Source: Candidatus Omnitrophota bacterium (GTDB lineage: Bacteria; Omnitrophota; Gorgyraeia; Zapsychrales; Zapsychraceae). From it: a stretch of 64,000 bases of DNA. Below the pieces are notes generated by a model. The model saw only the letters and a program-made list of their open reading frames with translations. It had not been told where the DNA came from and did no database searches. Location of the stretch: positions 74,489 to 138,488 of the forward strand of contig JADFYE010000003.1 in assembly GCA_015233195.1 (NCBI GenBank), written 5' to 3'. This document shows, piece after piece, positions 47,001 to 55,077 of the stretch; the first letter of the stretch is position 1, and every line of letters begins with the position of its first letter. The translations under genes were made by a program, and so were the position numbers.

Positions 47001-49145
47001 TTTAATTAAAGTATCTAATTGTTTATTGGTTGCGGTTAATTGAAATTTTTGCTGGGTTAAGTTTTTCAGTTCTGTGGTTTTTTGGTCAATATTAACTTTG
47101 GCTGTTGAGTATTGCTGAGAAAGTTCTTTAATTTGATTTAATAACGGTGTCTTAGCAGTTTCGATTAAAGTAGGAGTTTGTTTTTTTAGCTCGTCTATTG
47201 TTGTTTTTGCTGAAGTTAATTCACCATGTTGATTATTTAGTGAGGCATTTAATTGTTTGATATTTTTGGATAATTCGGCTTTAGTATTATTTAAAGCAAT
47301 TATCTCTTTAGCTTTTGTGGAATCCGCACTTTTAATCGAGTTTAATTGGTTAGTTAATTCGTCAAGTTGTTTCAATAAAGGTGCTTTAGTATTTTCAATT
47401 GCAATCGGAAATTCATTTTGTAATTTATTGTTTTGATCCTGTGCAGAGGTTAATTTTTGTTGATGTTCTTTAATTAAATTTTCTAATTGTCCAATTTTTT
47501 CAGTTAATTGTAATTTCTGATCTGAAATATTTTTTAATTTATTATTTTTGCTGTCGAGTTCAGTAGTTAATGAGGCTATATTTTTTTCAGAACTCTGCGA
47601 CTCTTTATTAAGGGAAATAATTTTATCGTTTAAAGCGTTGTTTTTATCGGAAAAAGTTAAGATTTCTTCAGTTTTTTGTTTTAGCAAAAAATCGCGGTCT
47701 TTTATTCCGTTTTCAAGTTCATTAACTTTTTGGGTCAATAATTTTTGGGCATCGTTGTTTTGTATTTCATTTTTTTTAAGTTGTTCAATCAGAGACAGCT
47801 TATCTGCGTTAATATTTGTTATTTCGCTTTTTTGTACAGCCAATGCTGCTGAAGTTTGTTTAAGTTCGGAATTTGACTTGGATATTTGATCTTGAAGTTG
47901 TTTTAATTGGTCAGCATATGTTTTTTGAATATTTTTTGAGTCTTGTTCGACGCTAGTTAATTTTTCTTGATATTGTTGTTTTAATTGTTGCGCAGCTTGC
48001 GTTGATTCAATTTTGATTTGTTCTATTTGTGATTTATAGTTTTTTAATTGTGAATTTAGTTCTGAAATTTTGTTATTAGAGGAGTTTTCTTTCTCTTGCA
48101 GCTGGTCCTTAATTTTTATTTTATTAGCTGCGAGTTCATTTTTTGTATTGTTAAGTTCTTCATATAATTCTTTTTGCTGATCTTGAATTTTAATCCGTTC
48201 AGTATCCCAGGAGGTTTTTTTTTCGTTTAAAGATCCGAGTTCGTTATCTTTTTTTGAAATATTTTGTTGAAGTTCGTGAATTTGGCGTTCAAGTGTGGAT
48301 ATTTGATTCGTAAGTGCGTCTGAAGTTTCTTTTAATTTTTTATCAGCGGCTTGTTGGACTTGAGTAATTTGAATTTTAAGTTGGTCAGCATTTTTAGCTT
48401 GGGTATTAAGATTATCAATTTGTAGCTGCCGTTCTTTGAAAGCTGCCTCATAACCTTCAATGGTCTTTTTCATGGCAAAAATTTCATTTTGCAAAGGCAG
48501 GCGGACCTCTTCAACACGTTTTAATAATGCTTCTTCATTTGCGGCAGTATTATTTGTCAATTCATTAAGTTTGTTTTTAAGCCTGCTATTTTCTTCTTGT
48601 AATGCAAAAGTTTCAGCACTTGCTTCTTTATATTTTTCGATTTGAATTTTTAATGATGCGATTTCTCCGCTAGTTTGCGTGTTATCTTTAATTTGATTTT
48701 GCAGGTCAACGTTCTTCTTTTCTATTTCGGATAGCTTGGTAGTTAGACCATCTTCTTTTTGCGCGAGAATTTCTTTAAATTTACGGTTATCACGTTTATA
48801 TTGCTCTAATTCGGATGATAAGGTTTGTTTTATATTGTTAAGTTGTTGAAGCTGATCTTGTTGTTGGGTCAGAGTTTGTTTTTTTTGGTTTAACTCAGTT
48901 TCCAGTGTTTGGAGTTTTTTTTGCAATAAGGAATCATCAGTGGTCTTTTTAATTGCGTTTTTTAAACCTTCATTTTCCTCTGCTAATCCCAGATTTTCTT
49001 GACGTAAACTCATAAGTTGGTTCAAAAGCGATTGTTTTTGCAGTAACAGATCCTGTAAATTATTGGTTTGTGCAAAAACCGGAGAATAAAAACTCGCAGA
49101 AACAAAAATGGCAGCTACGAGTATTTTGTTTAGCTTACTGTTCAT
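44082..49145 (-). CDS. Giant secreted coiled-coil protein (1,687 aa)
   Basis: The signal peptide is MNSKLNKILVAAIFVSASFYSPVFA|QTNN. The remainder is almost uninterrupted K/E/Q/L/N-rich heptad-like sequence with internal repeats. The SD GAGAGGAAG lies inside the end of the upstream gene, and the two genes overlap by 11 nt. Confidence 0.85.
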   Translation of the reverse strand: MNSKLNKILVAAIFVSASFYSPVFAQTNNLQDLLLQKQSLLNQLMSLRQENLGLAEENEGLKNAIKKTTDDSLLQKKLQTLETELNQKKQTLTQQQDQLQQLNNIKQTLSSELEQYKRDNRKFKEILAQKEDGLTTKLSEIEKKNVDLQNQIKDNTQTSGEIASLKIQIEKYKEASAETFALQEENSRLKNKLNELTNNTAANEEALLKRVEEVRLPLQNEIFAMKKTIEGYEAAFKERQLQIDNLNTQAKNADQLKIQITQVQQAADKKLKETSDALTNQISTLERQIHELQQNISKKDNELGSLNEKKTSWDTERIKIQDQQKELYEELNNTKNELAANKIKIKDQLQEKENSSNNKISELNSQLKNYKSQIEQIKIESTQAAQQLKQQYQEKLTSVEQDSKNIQKTYADQLKQLQDQISKSNSELKQTSAALAVQKSEITNINADKLSLIEQLKKNEIQNNDAQKLLTQKVNELENGIKDRDFLLKQKTEEILTFSDKNNALNDKIISLNKESQSSEKNIASLTTELDSKNNKLKNISDQKLQLTEKIGQLENLIKEHQQKLTSAQDQNNKLQNEFPIAIENTKAPLLKQLDELTNQLNSIKSADSTKAKEIIALNNTKAELSKNIKQLNASLNNQHGELTSAKTTIDELKKQTPTLIETAKTPLLNQIKELSQQYSTAKVNIDQKTTELKNLTQQKFQLTATNKQLDTLIKEYQQKFDKTKSDYENKLAELQAQNSKSLANEKETLNIKIKQYETELKSTQQTISELSKQKNSTETALNNEILTKEQLQKQLVQVQKQIEDLQKQIPAQVDTAKAPLLKQITQLQENNKSEVAKLTDLLNKTKSDYENKLNELNDRLETTKLTSTKNIEDLQKKTPELIETAKAPLLKQLAPLQENNKSEVAKLTDLLNKTKSDYENKLTELNKNLESAKQSTLSQSENAKALLGEKEVLNTKIKQYENELKTTQQALNELSKQKTNTETALNNEQSVKDQLQKQLAQLQENNKSEVAKLNDLLNKTKSEYESKLTELNTTKQNSDADSKSMQAKINSFETQLKLTQESINDLSHQKNNLENLLSKEQSSKTTVQTELYKLQKELVETNTVSNNKIKNESARAQSLEEKLKSIQRQLETTTKNVEQLNNEKLKLQTQIETINIESSKIKNTYQAKLEEAKQPLLSKLKTFDDKLLQQKIEFDEQLKQNNLAKTQEISLINQKIADLNNQLITKDNDIKTQLAAEQTLNKQIETMQQDRLGLEQQLVTMKKTLTSEQNNSQLKNTELEDIKVKKQQLQTTLEDLKQQNQQLNNSTSALQKNIDELKTQLAILNTNKTQAIDQARQEANNKIVDQDKQIVTLTKQMDEKKFELQDMQSERDIRNAELNLAQKKADELKAAYDTLETKLKNIKSQQAQEIITARSDLEKQVKALKDEISSMNNDFTKQITTNQTEVKNKEQQLSKNLSENASLINQLNDLKNEKRTIQEALGKLMQQFNDSEKKWQDKITEAKKPLEAQLEQLKSTKTDEADKNSKLIQNVKSQLEEKENSIQQLQSQIQNMTTMEEKIRNLQNKINELDQINKTRIEETKKPLQTKIKELENTINANNTIIDEKQTALKQIEEKNTLLNSEIMQIQKERGQLQKALYALTDQLDQVRQQKVDTKVIEKPITQNNNHDEKIKQELDSAIDLLNNIK
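46069..46665 (-). repeat. Intragenic direct repeats inside the coiled-coil gene. There are three copies of a 72-bp core, encoding (Q)ENNKSEVAKL(T/N)DLLNKTKS(D/E)YE.
   Basis: Copies at 46387-46458 and 46594-46665 are identical over 72 bp and lie 207 bp apart. The copy at 46069-46140 differs at a few positions. A 21-bp partial copy lies at 46960-46980. Confidence 0.9.
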
Positions 49146-49989
49146 TGTTATCTAACTTCCTCTCTACAATTGCGACTAAATTGCGCAATTTGTTTTTTAA
49201 TGTCTCTATGTTTTCTTTTAAATGTAAAATTTCTTGGTTTTCTTGTGCGCAGTTTTCAGGCGCAGTTTTTTGTGAAAGTAAAGTATTTTTAGTGCGTAAT
49301 TCATCATTTTCATTTTGTAAATTTTTATTTTGCTTCTCATATTCTGAAAGTTTCGCATTCATCTCCGTCCATTGGTCTTGGAGTTTTCGTTTGTCTGCGA
49401 TTAGTTCATTCAAAGTTTTAGTTATTTGATTATAATTTTCTGAATATTTTTTGAAATAATTATCAAAATTTTTAAGTTCTGTCGGTGTATTGCCTTCAGA
49501 TACGGGCGGGTTGTCACTATTCGGTGTTTCAGTATTTATTATGGTCAGATTTTTTTCTGGAGTATGGTCGATGTTTTCAATAGGCTTTATAGGATTAGCT
49601 TGCTGTAGAGGTGCAGATTTTAGTGATACTTGGGTTGGTTCTTTTGGGATGGGATTAGTGTCATTTTTTTTAACTGTATCACCGATAGCAATGTTGCTAA
49701 AATCGGTAATTGTTACAAGAGTGGGATCATTATCGACTGGTCCCAATTTTGAGATTGCTGAAGTCGAATCTAAAACTTTAAGATTACCGATCATTTGACC
49801 ATTTTTATATAATTGGACAATATCACCTTCTTTTAAATATGCGCTACCCAGATCAGAGAATGCAATTTTAAATTTTGAATTAACGTTTATAATCTCTCCC
49901 GAAATAGTTTCCGCAGGAGAAAAATGAGGATAAAGGCAAAATATAAGGTTTGCAACACAAAGTAAAAAAATTTTGTGGCAACTATGCAT
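49135..49989 (-). CDS. Secreted protein with an N-terminal beta-rich domain and a C-terminal coiled coil. It is the first gene of the EPS operon.
   Basis: 284 aa. The signal-like N-terminus is MHSCHKIFLLCVANLIFCLYPHFSPA|ET. The C-terminal roughly 110 aa are heptad-like (KTLNELIADKRKLQDQWTEMNAKLSEYEKQNKNLQNENDELR...). The SD is GGGGGA. Confidence 0.75.
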   Translation of the reverse strand: MHSCHKIFLLCVANLIFCLYPHFSPAETISGEIINVNSKFKIAFSDLGSAYLKEGDIVQLYKNGQMIGNLKVLDSTSAISKLGPVDNDPTLVTITDFSNIAIGDTVKKNDTNPIPKEPTQVSLKSAPLQQANPIKPIENIDHTPEKNLTIINTETPNSDNPPVSEGNTPTELKNFDNYFKKYSENYNQITKTLNELIADKRKLQDQWTEMNAKLSEYEKQNKNLQNENDELRTKNTLLSQKTAPENCAQENQEILHLKENIETLKNKLRNLVAIVERKLDNNEQ

Positions 49990-50035
49990 AATTTCCCCCG
50001 TTAATAGTATTATTGAAAGTTATAATAATATTAGC

Positions 50036-50063
50036 ATATTAGCATTTTGGAATACAAAATCAA
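50036..50063 (-). promoter_or_regulatory. Predicted sigma70-type promoter heading the coiled-coil/EPS operon
   Basis: Minus strand: TTGATT (50063-50058), a 16-nt spacer, then TAATAT (50041-50036). The -10 region is part of the tandem GCTAATAT-GCTAATAT. It sits in the only sizeable gap (129 bp) in this part of the window. Confidence 0.4.
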
Positions 50064-50118
50064 CTTTTTTATCGAAAGATTATGCGGTTATTGAAGATAG
50101 GAGTGAAAAAAATTGAAA

Positions 50119-51180
50119 TTAAATGTCGAGATACTTATCTTTTATCTTGACTATATGTGGCATTATTTCTAGAAATTTATCAATTAAAACCGGATCAAAA
50201 TGTATGCCTTTTCCTTTTTTAAGCTCTTCAATAGTTTTTTCAATAGACCAGGGTTCTTTGTAAGGGCGTTTACTGGTAAGCGCGTCAAAAACATCTGCGA
50301 TACAACAAATTCGTCCTGATAAAGGAATTTGAATGCCATTTGATTTTTGCGGATATCCTGATCCATCCCATTTTTCATGATGGCTCAGCGCGATGTCGTG
50401 GGCAACTTGTAATAAATGTGATTTGCTTCCGGCAAGAAGGTTTCCTCCAATAGTAGCGTGTCCCTTCATTATTTCAAATTCTTCTGGAGTTAGTTTTGCT
50501 GGTTTTAAAAGTATGTTATCCGGGATTCCAATTTTTCCAATATCATGCAGCGGACTTGCGCTCAATATTGTATCGCACTCCTCAGGAGATAAACCAATGG
50601 CTTTTGCCAGAGCATAAGAATAATGGCTCATCCGGAGAATATGCATACCAGTTTCAGTGTCACGGAATTCCATTGCTTTGGATAATCGGTCGATAAGATC
50701 CATTTGAGTCTCGGATAATTCATGAGTTCGCTCTTTGACCTTTTGTTCAAGGATAACGTTGGTGTTTTTTATTTGCTGGTTTAATAAGCGCACTTCAATT
50801 ATATTGCGCGATCTGGATATGACTTCATTATTGTCGTATGGTTTATTAACAAAATCTTTCGCTCCGGAGTCTAGAGAAATTTGACGAAGTTTTTTGTCAT
50901 CATCACTGGTAAGTATAAGGATAGGCAAATAATCATCAGCATAGGTTAGCTTAAGTTTTTTTATTATGTCCAATCCGCTGATCTCTGGCATATTGAGGTC
51001 GAGAATCAGTAGTTCTGGTTTAATTTTTTCATAAAGTTCTTCAGCTTTACGCGGATCAGTTATAGCGTGTATATTGGCAAATCCATTTTTTTTGAGTATT
51101 TGGCGGATAAGGGTAATACTGACCGGATCATCGTCAACAAGCATAATGTTTGATTGTATAATCTGGTCTTGAGATATCAT
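50119..51180 (-). CDS. Response regulator with an HD-GYP output domain (RpfG-like c-di-GMP phosphodiesterase)
   Basis: 353 aa. The REC domain shows IMLVDDDP...LLILDLNMPEISG...ILILTS...KP. The HD-GYP domain shows LHDIGKIGIP...SHHEKWDGSGYP...IADVFDALTSKRPYK. Confidence 0.88.
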   Translation of the reverse strand: MISQDQIIQSNIMLVDDDPVSITLIRQILKKNGFANIHAITDPRKAEELYEKIKPELLILDLNMPEISGLDIIKKLKLTYADDYLPILILTSDDDKKLRQISLDSGAKDFVNKPYDNNEVISRSRNIIEVRLLNQQIKNTNVILEQKVKERTHELSETQMDLIDRLSKAMEFRDTETGMHILRMSHYSYALAKAIGLSPEECDTILSASPLHDIGKIGIPDNILLKPAKLTPEEFEIMKGHATIGGNLLAGSKSHLLQVAHDIALSHHEKWDGSGYPQKSNGIQIPLSGRICCIADVFDALTSKRPYKEPWSIEKTIEELKKGKGIHFDPVLIDKFLEIMPHIVKIKDKYLDI

Positions 51181-51936
51181 TTAGATTTTCCAATTTTGCA
51201 TCTGTTCGAGAAACTTGTAATCAGTTGAATCGCAATGGATCGGAGTAACAGTTACATATCCTGAGTTTAAAGCATAGGTATCATAAGTCAAGTCAGTCTT
51301 TTTTTCCGGGATTTTACCGCTCATCCAGAAATAGTCTCTGCCGTGCGGATCTTTATTTTTTGTGAAAATTCCATGTATTGGAGTAACGCCTTGTTTGGTT
51401 ATTTTTATGCCTTTTATTTTTTTTACTTCGATGGCTGGCACATTGACATTTAAAAATGTACCTTTAGGCATAGCGTGTTTTTTAAACATTTTTACTAAGT
51501 TAGCGCCGCATTGTGCAGAATATGAAAAATCAGGATCTGAAAAAGTGTCTAATGATATGGCAAGAGCAGGAATACCCATAAGTGCGCCTTCCCTTGCTCC
51601 GGCTACAGTGCCTGAATAAAAAACGCTGCATCCGTCATTACATCCCCAGTTGATGCCAGAGACTACGATATCGGGTTTAGCTTTTTTCATTAATACATCA
51701 ACTGCGAATTTCACGCAATCTGCTGGGGTTCCGCTTATTCCATAACCAAAAAATTTATTATTTTTATAAAATTTTTTATACCAGATCGGATAAGATAAAG
51801 TTATCCCATGACCAACTGAGCTGCGTTCTGAATCAGGCGCCACCACAAAAACATCACCAACAGTTTTTAAAGTTTTATACAAAGCATAGATGCCGTCAGC
51901 GTTTATCCCATCGTCATTTGTCAGTAGTATTTTCAT
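51181..51936 (-). CDS. surE: 5'/3'-nucleotidase SurE
   Basis: 251 aa. MKILLTNDDGINADGI and the SGINWG motifs are SurE hallmarks. Confidence 0.9.
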   Translation of the reverse strand: MKILLTNDDGINADGIYALYKTLKTVGDVFVVAPDSERSSVGHGITLSYPIWYKKFYKNNKFFGYGISGTPADCVKFAVDVLMKKAKPDIVVSGINWGCNDGCSVFYSGTVAGAREGALMGIPALAISLDTFSDPDFSYSAQCGANLVKMFKKHAMPKGTFLNVNVPAIEVKKIKGIKITKQGVTPIHGIFTKNKDPHGRDYFWMSGKIPEKKTDLTYDTYALNSGYVTVTPIHCDSTDYKFLEQMQNWKI

Positions 51937-51980
51937 AATAATTATTCTAACATTAGAGTTTCATGTCTAAAAATTTATTC

Positions 51981-52838
51981 TTATTTTTTTATAACTACTG
52001 CTAATTGTTCTTTAGAAGGTGATATTTGCACTTTTGAACCGATTGGGAATTTAATTTTTTGGTGAGCCCCATCAATAAAGATCATGCCGTTACGCATGCA
52101 GGATATTATTTGTATGGTTTTTTTTGCGGATAATATGCCGCCCTTTAGGGAATAATTTTTTTTAAATCCATAAAATAATTCACGGGGTTGATATTGAAAT
52201 CTGGTATCAGTTAAGGGTAATATTTTACCGCCTGCAGAATGTATGGCTCCGCTGCTTCCTGCTGCGGTGGATATCCATATGCCTGAATTCCGGTGTTCCT
52301 CGCTGGTTTTATCGATTGTAATGTGGTATCGAGTCATGGCTGCGGGATTAGAATGTGTAATTAATATATCATTTGTAAAATTTATAGGTTCTTTATGGTC
52401 AGGGAAAATCAGTTGTAATCTGGGTAACATCAAAACTGAATATTTATTCAGCAAAATATCATGCAAAATTTGATCAAGTATTTTTAAGGTAACTGTGCAT
52501 AATCTGCCGTGACTGTGTTCCGGGTTAGAATTAATACCAAAAATTAATTGGTTTTTTACACTGCGGGCTGCTTCCAAAAAAGTGCCATCCCCTCCGACTG
52601 TTATAACAATTTGATATTTATTATAATCGATTTTTGAACCGCGGCATCGACTCGAATAAGGTATTTTAAATTTTTTTAACGCTGACAATGTTTGGTCAAG
52701 ACAACTATAATGACAGTCATGGGTGTACTTTAGAATTTTAAGTTGTTGGGGTGAGACAAAACCTTTAAAATTTTTTGCTTTTTTTATATACAGTTGAAAC
52801 AGACTGCGTTTGTATAAAACTAATATTTTAGGCATCAT
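51981..52838 (-). CDS. nadK: NAD kinase
   Basis: The start was trimmed from TTG 52853 to ATG 52838 or 52835. The GGDGTFL motif and the C-terminal pattern are those of the ATP-NAD kinase family. Confidence 0.8.
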   Translation of the reverse strand: MMPKILVLYKRSLFQLYIKKAKNFKGFVSPQQLKILKYTHDCHYSCLDQTLSALKKFKIPYSSRCRGSKIDYNKYQIVITVGGDGTFLEAARSVKNQLIFGINSNPEHSHGRLCTVTLKILDQILHDILLNKYSVLMLPRLQLIFPDHKEPINFTNDILITHSNPAAMTRYHITIDKTSEEHRNSGIWISTAAGSSGAIHSAGGKILPLTDTRFQYQPRELFYGFKKNYSLKGGILSAKKTIQIISCMRNGMIFIDGAHQKIKFPIGSKVQISPSKEQLAVVIKK

Positions 52839-53502
52839 GATTGAAATTCTCAAATTTAATTTTAAGCAGCATTTGTTTTATTGAGGGAAATATCATATCC
52901 GCGTTATTGATATATTTTTTAGGTAAAGATGTTTCTAAAGCCAAGCATAATAATTTTGCGCGTTTGGCAGCAGTTATACCAAAGGGCGCGTTTTCAATTA
53001 CAACAGAGTCGGATTTTTTAAGTCTTAGTTTTTTTATGGCTTTTAAATATGGTTCTGGATGTGGCTTACCTTTCTTGACATCGTTTCCTGTGATAACAAC
53101 CGAAAATAAGTTGAATATATTATCTGGTAGTATTCGATGTAATTCAGGGCGGGATGTTCCGGTTACTAATGCTAATTTAAAATTTTGTTTATGCAGTTTT
53201 TTTAAAAAGCTACGCGCTCCAGGGATAAATTTGGTCTTTGCTAATGTTTTGAAATACGCTTCTTTATCGTTTAAACATTTACGGGCTATAGTTTCATTAT
53301 AAGGCTTATGATATTTTTTAAAAATATCATATAAGCAGTCTATACCCGGCGATCCTTCTTTCAAATATATGTCAAGTTTGGTGGGATGGATCCCGGCATT
53401 TTCTTTAAGAATTTTTACCCATGCTCGGTAATGATCCGGCATAGTATTAGTTATAACACCGTCCATATCAAAAATAACGGCTTTAAGATTTAATATTTTC
53501 AT
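52828..53502 (-). CDS. HAD-superfamily hydrolase (beta-phosphoglucomutase-like subfamily IA)
   Basis: 224 aa. The motifs are AVIFDMDGVITNT (DxDG), LVTGTSR and GKPHPEPY...VVIENAPFG. Confidence 0.8.
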   Translation of the reverse strand: MKILNLKAVIFDMDGVITNTMPDHYRAWVKILKENAGIHPTKLDIYLKEGSPGIDCLYDIFKKYHKPYNETIARKCLNDKEAYFKTLAKTKFIPGARSFLKKLHKQNFKLALVTGTSRPELHRILPDNIFNLFSVVITGNDVKKGKPHPEPYLKAIKKLRLKKSDSVVIENAPFGITAAKRAKLLCLALETSLPKKYINNADMIFPSIKQMLLKIKFENFNHDA

Positions 53503-55001
53503 TTAGCATCTTTCTTTTTTAACCACTCACTGATTTCAGGCGAAAAACGTTGAGGTATATTGTTGCGTTTAATTATAGCTTCGTCAATTTGATCAAGATT
53601 TTTATTATCAATTATGATTTTCATATTTTGTTCAGTTTCAAGGATGGTGTATGGTTCGGTTTTTTTGATTTTTTCAAGAATACTTATGAATTCGTTAAAG
53701 GATTTAAAAGTTTTACCGTTTACGATATTAATAATTTCGTTACCGTTCTGATGATATCCAATATTTATATCATCGGGCAATACATGAAGGAATACTACTA
53801 AATCAGTTTTTCTTTCTGTATTAAGAGTGCCGCTACCCATAAGGTAATACATGAAATCTAGCGGCGGAGGTTCACCATTTTTTTGATTCCAGGAATTTAG
53901 AAGGTCAGTACTCAATACTGTGAATACAAAACCACCATAAATGTAATATAATGGTCTATTAAAATATTTTATATTCGGCACTAACGGTTTAAAATTTTTG
54001 AGTGTCAATTCGATATCTAAAAGTTTTTTATTGCGGATTATTTTAAGTTTGACTTTTTCACCGATTTGTTTTTTGGTGATTAAATAGTCTAAGGATAACC
54101 GTTCAGTGTTGCGAAAAACAAAAGTTCCGTCTTCTCCTATATTTATTCCGTCAATTTCTAAAATTATATCATCAGTTTTTAAAATTCCGTCTGCTGGTGA
54201 GAATGGCGCAATTTCCGATATAACCACCCCTCCAGAAAAATTTTCAATACCATAAAATTTTCGTAAAGTCGGGTTTTCGGTATTGTGGTGGAATATGCCT
54301 AATATTGGAAAGCCGTCATATTTATTATTGGTTTTGAGGTCATTTAAAAAATGTTCAATCACTGGGTTGGGAATTATATATCCTATATTCTGACCTGATG
54401 AAAGGACTTGCATGGCTACTCCAACCACCTGATCGTTTATCAAAGCTGGTCCGCCGCTGTTACCTGGATTTATAGCCGCATCAATTTGAACACCAAGCAA
54501 ATTACGACCAGTTTGGGCGTAGGATATAACTTCAATGCGGGAAATAACTCCTTCGGTGATAGATAATTTTTCCCCTCCCTCAGGGTATCCAAGAACTGTT
54601 ACACTATCCTGTAAATTTGGCAAATCTCCGAATTGCAGTGGTTTAATATCTTTAAAAAAGGTTTTATCTTTGATTGATAATAACGCGAGATCGCAATCAT
54701 TACTTATGGCTTCTAATTTTGCGGTATAAGTTTTAGGGTCTCCGGATTTTTTTACTTGAATGAACGTTTGGTCAGAAACTACATGAGCGTTAGTAAGGAT
54801 CCGCTCATTATCTATGACAAATCCTGAACCGGAGATTGATTCAACGCCTAATGATTGCCAGGGCTGGTAAAAATCATTGTGGTTAGCCGTAACAAATATT
54901 TTTACTACTGCATTAGAAAGATTGCTGCTCGGCTGGCAAAGCCCGGGTAAGGCTAAGGTTAAAATGTAAACGGTAATAAAAGCAACAGATCGGATATTCA
55001 T
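53499..55001 (-). CDS. Periplasmic S1C (DegP/HtrA-like) serine protease with a PDZ-like region
   Basis: The start was trimmed from TTG 55016 to ATG 55001 (MNIRSVAFITVYILTLALPGLCQP signal; SD AAGG). The catalytic motifs are TNAHVV, DLALL and GNSGGPAL. Confidence 0.85.
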   Translation of the reverse strand: MNIRSVAFITVYILTLALPGLCQPSSNLSNAVVKIFVTANHNDFYQPWQSLGVESISGSGFVIDNERILTNAHVVSDQTFIQVKKSGDPKTYTAKLEAISNDCDLALLSIKDKTFFKDIKPLQFGDLPNLQDSVTVLGYPEGGEKLSITEGVISRIEVISYAQTGRNLLGVQIDAAINPGNSGGPALINDQVVGVAMQVLSSGQNIGYIIPNPVIEHFLNDLKTNNKYDGFPILGIFHHNTENPTLRKFYGIENFSGGVVISEIAPFSPADGILKTDDIILEIDGINIGEDGTFVFRNTERLSLDYLITKKQIGEKVKLKIIRNKKLLDIELTLKNFKPLVPNIKYFNRPLYYIYGGFVFTVLSTDLLNSWNQKNGEPPPLDFMYYLMGSGTLNTERKTDLVVFLHVLPDDINIGYHQNGNEIINIVNGKTFKSFNEFISILEKIKKTEPYTILETEQNMKIIIDNKNLDQIDEAIIKRNNIPQRFSPEISEWLKKKDAK

Positions 55002-55077
55002 AGGTGTACCTTGCAATAAATTGGTTAATCAATTTTTACAAGTATAGTAAAAAAAACGCTATGTGTCCTTATAATTT

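Noticed and set aside
44082-49145. Interpreting the 1,687-aa coiled-coil protein as an SMC/Rad50-like ATPase or a phage tape-measure protein
   Set aside because: It has no Walker A/B motifs, hinge or signature motif, and its N-terminus is a signal peptide. No phage genes occur anywhere in the window, and it is embedded in an EPS operon.
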